Origin: Thermoanaerobaculia bacterium
GTDB lineage: Bacteria; Acidobacteriota; Thermoanaerobaculia; Multivoradales; Multivoraceae
Assembly: GCA_963664405.1 (NCBI GenBank)
Contig: OY761158.1
Coordinates: 3,840,001-3,904,000, forward strand
Reading direction: 5' to 3'
Length of the DNA: 64,000 bases
In this document: positions 17,896 through 30,271 of the stretch, in pieces
Position numbering within the stretch: position 1 is the stretch's first letter
Layout of the letters: each line of letters begins with the position of its first letter
Notes under the pieces: model-generated
The model's input: the letters and a program-made list of their open reading frames with translations, nothing else
What the model was told of the DNA's origin: nothing
Database searches by the model: none
Program-made: the position numbers and the translations under genes

Positions 17896-20684
17896 GCCTG
17901 GCTCTGCACTCGTCGAAGCTTGACGCGGAAGCGGCACCCTTCCGCCACCTCGCCGTTCTCGAGTTGGAGCTCACCGCCGTGCCGTCGGATGATCTCATGA
18001 CTGATCGACAGCCCCAGCCCGCTTCCGCCACTGCTCTGTTTGGTCGAGAAGAAGGGCTCGAAGATGCGCTCCCGTTCAGCGCTGGCGATCCCCGGACCGG
18101 AATCTCTGACGATAACGTTGACAAAGTCGTCGTCTTCTTCGATGTCGACCCTGAGCCGCCCCCCTTCGCCCTTCATCGCTTCAATGGCATTCAGAAAGAG
18201 GTTGGTGAACACTTGCTGAAGCTGGTCGTCGGAGCCTGCTACCACTGAGGCGGCCTCTGGCGCGCGGAGCTCGGCCTCGACCCTGTTTGTTTGCATCTGT
18301 TCCTGGACCAGCTCCAGAGACTCCTCGATCAGCTCGTGCAGATCCACTGGCTCCAAGTCGATCTCTTGATCGCGCGCCAGGCTGAGTAGGCTATTGACGA
18401 TGCGCGAGGCGCGGAAGCTCTGGCGCTCTACCTTGCGGAGCAAGGAATAGCGGGGATCGTCAGGGTCGGTGTCCTGGATCAACATCTGGGCGTAGCTCGA
18501 GATGCCTGTGATCGGCGTATTGACCTCGTGAGCGATGCCCGCGGCCATGACCCCTAGAGCGGCCAGGCGGTCCTTCTCTTTGAGCGCGAGCTCCATGGCG
18601 ACGCGTTCCGTGATGTCATTGGCGACGAGCACGCTGAGGTCGGAGGCCGGTGAGCCGGAGAAGGCCGCGACGCTGATCTGCAGCGAGCGCACCTTTCCCT
18701 GCTCATCCTCGATAGAGAGGTCGACCAGTCCGTCGCTGGGTCGCGGCACTGTAGTGAGCGGCAGGATCTCGAGCAGCTTCTTTCGCCGTAGGGCCCCGGT
18801 TTCGGCGCCGCACAGAGCCGCGAAGGCTATGTTCGCCGAGACTACTCGCCCCATCCCATCGAGTACGGCGATTCCGGCGGGAGAGGCTTCGATGATTCCC
18901 TCGTTGTACTGCTTGAGCCGCCGGACCTCTCTTAGCTGGTTTTGTAATCGGTCGAGAAGATGTGCATTCTCGATGGCGAGCGAGGCCTGGTTCATGAACT
19001 GTCTGACCAGGTCGAGGTCGTCACTCGACAGCGGCACGTCGCCGAAGCGGTGGCTGCACACCAGGGCGCCGACACGCCGGCCGCGGACCGAAAGCGGAAA
19101 GGCGTAGCGGTAACCCTGCATGAAGAGGCGTTGAGCCGGCGATGCGATTGCGTCGGGAAGAGCAACTCCACTCAACTGGCGGTATTCGTCTTGCCAGAAG
19201 CCGGTGTCGAGGAAGTCGGGCAGGATCTCCCCGAGATCCGGCTGTTCTTGGCGAAGGGGAACGAGATGCTCTTCTTCGCTGACCAGCAAGTTTGCGCGCT
19301 CCAGGCTAAGCGCTTCTTCGAGACGCAACAAGAGCTTGTTGGAGAGGCTGGCGAGATCGCGGTCGTGGAGAAGCTCGCGGCCGAGATGGGCGAGAGTTCT
19401 TCGTTTCGCGAAGCTATGGCGATACTGCACCCGTTCGAGAGTGGAGCTGATGCCCTGACGAGCGGGGACGAGCAGGCCGCCCATGACCAGTACAGCGGCG
19501 AGAGAGAGGATGTTGCGTGTGAGGCCCTCGCTTGCGGGTATGCCGCGCTGCACCAGGATCTCTAGGAAAGTGAAGCCGAGGAGCCCGAAGAGCAAGGTCA
19601 AGGTGTAGGTTGCGACATCGCGGGCGATGACCGAGATGTCCCATAGTCGATAGCGGAGAATGGCGTAGGCGAAGGTCAGTGGCACCATCGCCAGTGGTAG
19701 AACGGCCAGAATCTCGAGCGCGGGCGGGCCGTGGAGGCCTAAGGACCAGGGGATCAGGTACAGCACCAGGAATGGCAGATAGCCACCTGCCATGCCAATG
19801 GCGATCCACGCCAGCTGTCGCTTACCCTCGGCCTCCTCTCCCCAATGCAGTCGACCCAAGAGCAGGCCTCCGGCGGCGAACGCAAAGACCACGAAAAGGA
19901 AGAGCTCGACTCGATCCAGTTGCTGGATGATGGTGGCGATCTCGCGGCCTCGAGGAGAGCCGAAGAGCCACTGGCCTCGATTGAAGATGAGGTCGCTCTG
20001 CAGAGCGATCAGGATCGCGGACGGGAGGTATAGAAAAGGTACCAAGCGGGCCACTCGATGCCTGGATGCGAGCTCTTTGGGAAAGGTGATGAAGAAATGA
20101 AGGGTGAGAGCCGGAAGCACGAGCCGCACCGCCTCTTCGAGTACATAGAGTGCTCGTCCAGTGCTATCGACCAGCAGCTGATTCGCCGGTGTTGAGACCA
20201 GGACGTAGAAGCTGGTCGAGACCAGGCACCAAAAGTAGAAGACCAGACTCTGCCGGCGCTCTTCCTTCAGAATGGTGTAGAGGCCGATAAACAGATAGAT
20301 GCCGCCGATCACCGCCTGGATCAGATAGGAGTAGTCGATCTCCAGGGGTGGACGGACATAGCCGAGCGTGAGGGCCTCGTCTCCGCGCATGACCACCACT
20401 TCGGTGCTCGGTTGCGCTCGTAATGTCTCGAGCGCCTGCTGTAACCCTGAAACGGTGTTGCCACCGATGAGGAGAACGCGGTCACCCCGGCGGAGCTGGG
20501 GATGCAAAGCGGGATCAGCGGTTGCGACTAGTAACTGCTCGGCGGGGGCTTCACGTAGGATCAGCCCCGCTGTCTGAAAAGTCGCCAGCTTGCGCTTAAA
20601 GCTGACACCGGCGGTCAGAAGAGTGGCTGCCGCAAGGGCTATAGCCAGCGAGAGGGTTGCTTTGCGACGAAAAGTGGGAGTCAT
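17892..20684 (-). CDS. Membrane sensor histidine kinase (PDZ-like, multi-TM, GAF, PAS, HisKA, HATPase)
   Basis: AHEVNTP H-box, NLFLNA N-box, DSGPGI, FEPFFSTK and GSGLGLSIS; several TM helices; GAF- and PAS-like segments. Confidence 0.92.
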   Translation of the reverse strand: MTPTFRRKATLSLAIALAAATLLTAGVSFKRKLATFQTAGLILREAPAEQLLVATADPALHPQLRRGDRVLLIGGNTVSGLQQALETLRAQPSTEVVVMRGDEALTLGYVRPPLEIDYSYLIQAVIGGIYLFIGLYTILKEERRQSLVFYFWCLVSTSFYVLVSTPANQLLVDSTGRALYVLEEAVRLVLPALTLHFFITFPKELASRHRVARLVPFLYLPSAILIALQSDLIFNRGQWLFGSPRGREIATIIQQLDRVELFLFVVFAFAAGGLLLGRLHWGEEAEGKRQLAWIAIGMAGGYLPFLVLYLIPWSLGLHGPPALEILAVLPLAMVPLTFAYAILRYRLWDISVIARDVATYTLTLLFGLLGFTFLEILVQRGIPASEGLTRNILSLAAVLVMGGLLVPARQGISSTLERVQYRHSFAKRRTLAHLGRELLHDRDLASLSNKLLLRLEEALSLERANLLVSEEEHLVPLRQEQPDLGEILPDFLDTGFWQDEYRQLSGVALPDAIASPAQRLFMQGYRYAFPLSVRGRRVGALVCSHRFGDVPLSSDDLDLVRQFMNQASLAIENAHLLDRLQNQLREVRRLKQYNEGIIEASPAGIAVLDGMGRVVSANIAFAALCGAETGALRRKKLLEILPLTTVPRPSDGLVDLSIEDEQGKVRSLQISVAAFSGSPASDLSVLVANDITERVAMELALKEKDRLAALGVMAAGIAHEVNTPITGISSYAQMLIQDTDPDDPRYSLLRKVERQSFRASRIVNSLLSLARDQEIDLEPVDLHELIEESLELVQEQMQTNRVEAELRAPEAASVVAGSDDQLQQVFTNLFLNAIEAMKGEGGRLRVDIEEDDDFVNVIVRDSGPGIASAERERIFEPFFSTKQSSGGSGLGLSISHEIIRRHGGELQLENGEVAEGCRFRVKLRRVQSQA

Positions 20685-20720
20685 GATCAAAAGGCCCCTA
20701 CATCGGCCACTAGAGGTCAA

Positions 20721-20736
20721 AGCAGGTTTCGTGCCA
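20721..20736 (-). promoter_or_regulatory. Sigma54 -24/-12 promoter
   Basis: Minus strand reads TGGCACGAAACCTGCT (consensus TGGCACG-N4-TTGCW), ending 36 nt before the kinase ATG. Confidence 0.75.
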
Positions 20737-20796
20737 GCGTGACGGTTTCTTGAATGGGCCGGAGATATCTCTGAAGACGAGAGTTAGGTCGAACTG

Positions 20797-20829
20797 TTCA
20801 TATTTTTGGATGTTGTCCAAAAATATGGA
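20797..20829. promoter_or_regulatory. AT-rich inverted repeat, candidate enhancer-binding (UAS) sites
   Basis: CATATTTTTGGA-TGTTG-TCCAAAAATATG, a perfect 12-bp inverted repeat 60-90 bp upstream of the sigma54 promoter. Confidence 0.55.
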
Positions 20830-20998
20830 TCCAATGAATAGTGCGTGTGACGCCGGCTCGAGTGCACTCGGAGCCACCTGGAACGGTCCAGACTCCGAAA
20901 GAGGCGTGTCCGGCCAGGGTAGAAGCTACGAACCAGGGCCGAGGTCGCGGGGAGCGACTGTTAGGCTCGAGCGCGCCCTCGGGAGACCGACGCCGCTG

Positions 20999-22864
20999 CT
21001 AGAAGCGAACTGCGATGCCGCCGGCCACGCGGCGGTGCAGATCGTTCTCTTGACTATCAAGAGCGTAAGGCACCGCCCCGCGGCTGAGCTCTATGTTGAG
21101 AAGAAGGGCCCAATCGCTCGCCATTGGCATGAAGAAACCGAGGTCCTGCGTCACTTTGACCTGTAGCTTGTCGACTTCGAGGTCATTTACCTCGAGTCCA
21201 CCGGCGACTGTCGGAGTCAGATGTTGCTCCACACGATGGACTGCCAGAAACAAAGCGGTCTCGGTGCGCTGGAACTTGGTGTCCAGCGAGGTCACCATAT
21301 ATCGAACTTTGTTCTCGTATGAGGTGTGGTTGTCGGTGCGGAAGATGCCTCCGCCTCCCGAGCCCACGTTGGATTCCAGAGTGGCAAGGATTCCACGTGA
21401 GAGCCTGCGAGTGAGAGCTACCTGTAGCTCCGGTAACTGGTCACCGCGGACCAGATAGACACTCTCGATCTGATCGAAGAAGTCCTCGGTGAAGAAGACG
21501 CGAAGAGTATCTCCGATTTCTCTATGGGCGGCTGCCACCTTGAAGACTTCGTCCTTACCGAGCTGACGAGTGAGGCCGACTCGATAGTAATGCTGCTCGG
21601 TGGAGGTGTTGTTTTCGAGATTGCGATAGTGGGCAAGAGAGAAGTTCGGTAGCTTCGGCTCCTCGGAGCTAATACGCTGCCGCACGACCGTCTCAGCCTG
21701 CCACTCTTGGCCAAGGTTCATCACCAAGCCTGCGTGTGGGCTCATCGAGACGCTGCCGTCGAGAAGCGTGGAGAAGAGCCCATACTCGACGAGCAGAGCC
21801 GGGCTCAGCTGGGTGGATGCGATGCCGTAAGCGTTGACTTGCTGGCGTGCGGCGCCCGGTAGCAGGTTGCCGATCTCGGTGTCGGCGATTAGTTCCTGAT
21901 AGCTGACTCCGGTGCGCACGGCCATGCTCTCGCCGATCTCTTGGCTGTAGGAGCCGTCGACCAGCAGAGTGCGCGATGCCAGCGGAACACCCACCGGGCT
22001 CACCATACTCTGAGTGTTGAAGCCACGCTCTTCGATGTACTGGGCAGATACGGCCGAATGCGCTCGCGCACCATGATCCTGCGACCACAGGAATTGATAG
22101 CGATCCATATCGACAGGGCTGCTGTGAAGATAGCTCGAGTCGAGCGAGTGACTGACGGTGTTGAGCTGTATCGATGCGCTGCCCGCTCCTCGCATGCTCA
22201 GCGCTAGTGCGTCAGTCCGGCCGGACGCCCGTCCCTCGGCGGCAGCCGTGAGAGCCTCGGGACGCATTTCGTCAAAGCGCCCGTCTACGCTCAAGCGCAT
22301 GCCTCCGACCTGGCTCTCTACTCCAATGCGGCCATGAGTGACTTGAGACGGACCCGCGTTGGCGTACTTTCTGGTGCCGGCTGTCAGCTCGGTCTCAACC
22401 GAGAATTCGGGCTCGACGACGCCATGGTCTTCGAATGCGGCACCCTCTGCGACTCGGATCTCCCTGAGCACGTCACCGGGGATCTTGCTGCGGATGGACC
22501 AGAAATCGTCTTCCTGGTCGAAGGATGCGTCGGTCTCTTCGCTGAGTCGGAATTCGAGGAAGTCACTGGCCGACTCTGTGGCCCGCGTGAAGAGGACGAT
22601 GGCGGGAACGAAGCCCACCTTGTGGGCAATGACCTTGTACACGCCGGCCGGCAGCGTGCGAAAGAGAAAACGACCGTCACGACTAGTACTGACGCGCGTC
22701 AGGCTGACGTCGTGCGTGCGGTAGGCATAGACCGCCGCGTGCTCCAGCGGGCCCTGGCCGTGCCGGACAACGCCCGACAAACCGGACGCGAGCTCGTGGT
22801 CGGTGGCTGCCGATACCGGCAGTCCTCCCAGGAGTACAACTATTAGAAGAGCAACAAAGCGCAT
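20999..22864 (-). CDS. Carboxypeptidase-regulatory-like domain + outer-membrane beta-barrel protein
   Basis: Signal peptide, G.V...T..DG.F.F..LPAG.Y.V.A...GF domain, amphipathic strands and terminal Phe (GIAVRF). TATAAT on minus at 22888-22893. Confidence 0.7.
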   Translation of the reverse strand: MRFVALLIVVLLGGLPVSAATDHELASGLSGVVRHGQGPLEHAAVYAYRTHDVSLTRVSTSRDGRFLFRTLPAGVYKVIAHKVGFVPAIVLFTRATESASDFLEFRLSEETDASFDQEDDFWSIRSKIPGDVLREIRVAEGAAFEDHGVVEPEFSVETELTAGTRKYANAGPSQVTHGRIGVESQVGGMRLSVDGRFDEMRPEALTAAAEGRASGRTDALALSMRGAGSASIQLNTVSHSLDSSYLHSSPVDMDRYQFLWSQDHGARAHSAVSAQYIEERGFNTQSMVSPVGVPLASRTLLVDGSYSQEIGESMAVRTGVSYQELIADTEIGNLLPGAARQQVNAYGIASTQLSPALLVEYGLFSTLLDGSVSMSPHAGLVMNLGQEWQAETVVRQRISSEEPKLPNFSLAHYRNLENNTSTEQHYYRVGLTRQLGKDEVFKVAAAHREIGDTLRVFFTEDFFDQIESVYLVRGDQLPELQVALTRRLSRGILATLESNVGSGGGGIFRTDNHTSYENKVRYMVTSLDTKFQRTETALFLAVHRVEQHLTPTVAGGLEVNDLEVDKLQVKVTQDLGFFMPMASDWALLLNIELSRGAVPYALDSQENDLHRRVAGGIAVRF

Positions 22865-22985
22865 CGGTTCACCGAAAGCGTCAGGTGATTATACCGGGGT
22901 CTGACATCACCATCAAATCGAGATATGTCTCTGTTTCCAATACGGCGCTGAAGAGTCCAGGGTTTTCTGCTGGTCGTCTTAGGTC

Positions 22986-23714
22986 TCACTCGCGTCTGTT
23001 CGGCGTCAGCGCCGAGACAGCTGCAGTGATCAGGTCGGCTCCGGCGCTCTTGAGGGTACGACTTGCTGCGTCGAGAGTGGCGCCGGTCGTCGCTACATCA
23101 TCAATCAACAGCACGCGTGCCCCTTGAATTTCCACCCCTCTGCGACAGCGAAAGATGTCTTCAACGTTGGAGCGACGCTCTCTAGCGCCCAGCGTTGTCT
23201 GCGGAGCCGAGGAAGCGGATCGAATCAGCAGCCTGCGGTAGGGCAGCCCGAGCCGCCGGGCGAGGGGCTTGGCGATGAGCTGGGCCTGGTTGTAACCGCG
23301 CTCGAGTCGCCTTCGCCAGTGGAGTGGCACTGCCGTCACAACGTCATGCTCGGTCTCGAGGCCGGGAAGGTCCGCTGCCATCCCGCGCGCCAGGTCGTCG
23401 GCGAGGAACTCGAGACGATGGTACTTGAGGCCACGAATGACTTCGTCGAAGGGAGGCTCGTAGCTCCACTCCGCATGGAGGCCGTCAAAGGCGGGCGGGG
23501 CGAGCCTGCACGCGGCGCAGAGCCAGGCGCCCGGCCTCGTCGAGGCGACCGCGCCACAGAGAGGGCACCGCTCTCGCCGTGGCCGTTTCAGCTTCGCTCG
23601 GCAGGCTCTACAGAGGCACAGTGCCGGGTCTCGTCGAGAGAGGGGCTTCTCGCAACCGAGGCACCAGGCGGGGAGCAGAAAGTGAACCAGATGGTCTAGG
23701 ACGCTGGGGCGCAT
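22986..23714 (-). CDS. comF: ComF family protein (double zinc ribbon + phosphoribosyltransferase)
   Basis: Four CxxC pairs, VPLHWRR...RGYNQAQ and VLLIDDVATTGATL. Start reassigned to ATG 23714. Confidence 0.88.
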   Translation of the reverse strand: MRPSVLDHLVHFLLPAWCLGCEKPLSRRDPALCLCRACRAKLKRPRRERCPLCGAVASTRPGAWLCAACRLAPPAFDGLHAEWSYEPPFDEVIRGLKYHRLEFLADDLARGMAADLPGLETEHDVVTAVPLHWRRRLERGYNQAQLIAKPLARRLGLPYRRLLIRSASSAPQTTLGARERRSNVEDIFRCRRGVEIQGARVLLIDDVATTGATLDAASRTLKSAGADLITAAVSALTPNRRE

Positions 23715-23828
23715 TCGTGCGTAAGATTCGTAGGACCGCTCCATATGTGTGCGAGCCTTCTTCTGCTCGAAGAAGACGTCTTTCTCTGGGGTAGACTTGC
23801 GCCGGCTTCGGAGCCAGGAGAAAAAAAC

Positions 23829-24368
23829 GTGCGACACAGGCTACCTTTTTATGTCTTTCTGCTTCTTGTTGCTCTAGCGGCCACGGCATCCGCTCAGCCC
23901 TCCAAATCGTTTCGAGCCAGTGCCTTTGTCGGCCTTGGCGGCGGGTTGGATTCGGAGCCGGACAGCGGGGTCGACAACTCTTCCTTTCAACTGGGCTTTT
24001 CCTGGATCGTCGAGCCCGGCGTCCTGGTTGGAGTTCGCTACGGAGAGCTTGGCCTCGACGGCACCGATTTTGTTGGGGATCGAGTCGACTCCGATCTTTC
24101 CTACCTGACAGTTGCCGGTGAGTACCTTTTCAACGATGGCTACTATCAATCGGGCGTCTACATCGGGCTCGGCTTTTACGATCTCGAAACTTCTCGTGGA
24201 CCCTTTGCCGGCTCCGACAGCTCTGTGGGATTGGCGGTAGGCGTGACCGGCGACTTCGAGATCAATCGGCGCTTCTCGGTCCTGCTCGAGTTCTCCGCTC
24301 ACTACGCTGAGCTCGAGCCGACGAGCCTGTTCGCCATGGGCCACGTCGGCGTTGGGTACCACTTTTAG
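23829..24368 (+). CDS. Small outer-membrane beta-barrel (OmpA/OmpW-like) protein
   Basis: AGGAG Shine-Dalgarno before GTG 23829, signal peptide ending ATASA, alternating beta strands and C-terminal VGVGYHF. Confidence 0.8.
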   Translation: MRHRLPFYVFLLLVALAATASAQPSKSFRASAFVGLGGGLDSEPDSGVDNSSFQLGFSWIVEPGVLVGVRYGELGLDGTDFVGDRVDSDLSYLTVAGEYLFNDGYYQSGVYIGLGFYDLETSRGPFAGSDSSVGLAVGVTGDFEINRRFSVLLEFSAHYAELEPTSLFAMGHVGVGYHF

Positions 24369-24433
24369 GCTTGGTGTGTGCTGAGTACGACGTGAGCCGC
24401 ATCGACTGCCTGAAGCCAAGAGAAGGAGATTCC

Positions 24434-24880
24434 ATGTCACACTTTCTGCGCACCATGGCAGGCTTGCTCCTGGTGCTGGTATTTGCGTTTCTGGGCCCGG
24501 GAAGTATCGCTGAGGAGCCCTCTGCGGGCGCCGTTGGAGAAGTCATTACCACTAAGAGCGGTCTTCAATACGTCGACCTCGTGATCGGAGAGGGCCCGGA
24601 AGTAAGGCGGGGAGACACGGTCCGCGTGCACTACATCGGCAGGCTGGATGACGGCACGGTTTTCGATTCGAGCCGGCCCCGAGGCCAGCCCTTTGCCTTT
24701 CCGGTCGGGCGAGGCAAGGTGATCCGTGGTTGGGACGAAGGTGTGGTCGGCATGCAGATCGGCGGCAAGCGGAAGCTGGTCATCCCATCAAAGCTGGCCT
24801 ACGGCAAGAGTGGCTTTGGTAATGTCATTCCCCCCAACTCCACCCTCACCTTCGAGATCGAGCTGCTCGGTTTGAGCTAG
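24434..24880 (+). CDS. FKBP-type peptidyl-prolyl isomerase
   Basis: SGLQY.D...G.G, VHYIG.L.DG..FDSS, VIRGWDEG, LAYG and IPPNSTLTFEIEL motifs; AAGGAG Shine-Dalgarno. Confidence 0.95.
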   Translation: MSHFLRTMAGLLLVLVFAFLGPGSIAEEPSAGAVGEVITTKSGLQYVDLVIGEGPEVRRGDTVRVHYIGRLDDGTVFDSSRPRGQPFAFPVGRGKVIRGWDEGVVGMQIGGKRKLVIPSKLAYGKSGFGNVIPPNSTLTFEIELLGLS

Positions 24881-24892
24881 CCGCGGCGGGAA

Positions 24893-25183
24893 GGCCGACG
24901 GCGATTTCGGGTGGATGCGCTCGCGTGTCGGCGGTACCCTTGCCTCCAAGAGGGCAACGTCGAGATCTTTATCAAGATGGTCGATGCCTGCTCTAGCGGT
25001 TTCAACTCATTCTGGGTGTTTGCGGCCGGGGCCACCAATGCCGAGACAGTGATTCTGATCCGGTACACCTGGACCGATCAGGTGTACCGGATCGACAACC
25101 CCAGAGGTGTCGATGTCTTCTTTGCGCCGGATACCCAGGCGTTCAAGACCTGCGATGCTGTGCAGCCGCTGCCGCCGGTGTAA
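24893..25183 (+). pseudogene. Remnant of a Cys-containing extracellular repeat domain common in Thermoanaerobaculia-like proteins
   Basis: NVEIFIKMVDAC...FWVFAAGATN...Y.I.NP.G...DTQAFKTC, preceded in frame by RFRV. No signal peptide or RBS. The family resemblance is from memory only. Confidence 0.5.
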
Positions 25184-26147
25184 TGAGATCCCGCACTTTG
25201 GCTTCGATCCATCGGTATGTCTCAGCTAGCCCGGAGCGCAGTGACCGGGTGGGCCGCCAGCCCAACTGTTCGTGGATGAGGCGATTGTCCGAGCTTCTAC
25301 CGCGGACCCCGAGGGGCCCGGGTATGTGGTCGAGACGGATCGTCTTTTCCGCGATCGATGCGATCGAGAGCGCGAGCTCATTGATCGTGACCTTTTCCGA
25401 GGAGCCGATATTGACCGGCCCGGCAAAATCCGAGCGCATCAATCGGACCGTACCTTCGAGTGCCTCCTCGACATAGAGGAACGATCGCGTCTGGAGGCCG
25501 TCTCCGAAGATCTCGATGCTGTCGCCTTCGGTCGCCTCCGCTACTTTGCGGCAGAGGGCCGCCGGTGCCTTCTCTCGACCTCCGGTCCACGTTCCTTCGG
25601 GTCCGAAGACGTTGTGGTAGCGAGCGACGCGCGCCTCTAATCCGTGATTGCGAGCGAAGGCGAAATAGAGGCGCTCTGAGAAAAGCTTCTCCCAACCGTA
25701 TTCGCTGTCAGGCGCTGCCGGATAGGCCGAGGCTTCGTCGGTTCTGGGGTCATCCGGATCGAGTTGGTTGTGCTCCGGGTAAACGCAGGCGGAAGAGGCG
25801 TAGAAAATCCGTCCCACGTTGCCCGACCTGCGAGCGGCGTCGAGAACGTTGAGGTTGATGAGGGCCGAGTTGTGGAGAATGTCGGCGTCGTTTTCTCCGG
25901 TGAAAATGAACTCGGCGCCGCCCATGTCGGCGGCCAGTTGGTAGACCTCGTCAAAATTCCGGTCGAGCGCCTCCAGCGCTGTGCTTGGGTCTCGCAGGTC
26001 GGCGACAACAAAGTCCTCCGCGGCAGACGGCGAGAAATCGGGTTGCTTCAGGTCGACGCCGCGCACCCAAAAGCCTTCGCCGGCAAGCCTCTTCACCAGA
26101 TGGCTGCCGATGAAGCCACCAGCCCCAAAAACGAGCGCTCTTTTCAT
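25143..26147 (-). CDS. NAD-dependent epimerase/dehydratase (GDP-mannose 3,5-epimerase-like)
   Basis: GAGGFIGSH, QLAADMGG, SSACVYP, YGWEK (YxxxK), REKAPAALCRK and GVRGRSSDN motifs. Confidence 0.9.
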   Translation of the reverse strand: MKRALVFGAGGFIGSHLVKRLAGEGFWVRGVDLKQPDFSPSAAEDFVVADLRDPSTALEALDRNFDEVYQLAADMGGAEFIFTGENDADILHNSALINLNVLDAARRSGNVGRIFYASSACVYPEHNQLDPDDPRTDEASAYPAAPDSEYGWEKLFSERLYFAFARNHGLEARVARYHNVFGPEGTWTGGREKAPAALCRKVAEATEGDSIEIFGDGLQTRSFLYVEEALEGTVRLMRSDFAGPVNIGSSEKVTINELALSIASIAEKTIRLDHIPGPLGVRGRSSDNRLIHEQLGWRPTRSLRSGLAETYRWIEAKVRDLITPAAAAAQHRRS

Positions 26148-26217
26148 CGTGCTTCTCCTTGCCCCCGTAGCTCCTCGTGTCCGGCTCGAGCCTCCTTGGG
26201 CGACGCCCCACCCCCGC

Positions 26218-26248
26218 GGAAATGATAGCCATCATTTCCGGAGGCTAG
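26218..26248. repeat. Partial copy (hairpin end) of CTAG-bounded repeat family 1
   Basis: GGAAATGAT-AGCC-ATCATTTCC-GGAGGCTAG matches 60686-60716 and the reverse complement of 39701-39731. Confidence 0.85.
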
Positions 26249-26250
26249 CG

Positions 26251-29760
<3,510 letters not shown>

Positions 29761-30187
29761 GTTTGTTGTGTTGGGCTGCCATCGCTTCTTAGCCTGGCCT
29801 GCAGTTCTCGCGCCGCGGCGCGTAAAGTGGGGGCAAAAGGCTGCCCCGCAATCTGACTCTTGTGTCTTCCCCGAGCTCGGAAGGCCGAAGTGCCTGCGCG
29901 CGGAGACGACACAGGGCCCCCCGTCATGAGAGTCGAGTAGAGCACTTGGCTCGGCGACCCGGCTCCAGCGGAAAACCAACCGCGTGCTGAAGATAACACG
30001 TTAGCTTGCATTTCCGTAGGCTAGATCCAGTCGGAGTCTCCGAACGCGTAGTGGAATCGGAGGTTCCGCCGGCCGAGGAGCGCGTATGAATCGTCAGGAA
30101 GGTAGCCGGGCCGTGATGTCAGTAGCACTCTTGAGCGGGTGTCTACAAAGCCCCGACCGAGGAGGGTGCGCTGCCGCTGCCCGCCCT

Positions 30188-30202
30188 AGGTGCCAGCCAC
30201 CT
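30188..30202. repeat. REP-like hairpin upstream of the HUH transposase
   Basis: AGGTG-CCAGC-CACCT, with CTAG overlapping its start; related units occur at 31924-32032. Confidence 0.5.
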
Positions 30203-30271
30203 CGGAAACGGAAGGAGGTAGCTCAGGGAAGTGTGCAAGGAGATCGCTCGAGAACTCGTCTATAAGAAGAG

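Noticed and set aside
20840-20998. Chain of short hairpins suggesting tRNA, SRP, RNase P or tmRNA
   Set aside because: No cloverleaf, T-loop or family-defining motif; short GC stems are expected by chance at this composition.
29770-29850. Possible c-di-GMP-I riboswitch (GGCTAAG...ATGGCAGCC)
   Set aside because: The GGCAAA stem with GNRA tetraloop and the GACGCAAA junction are missing on that strand.
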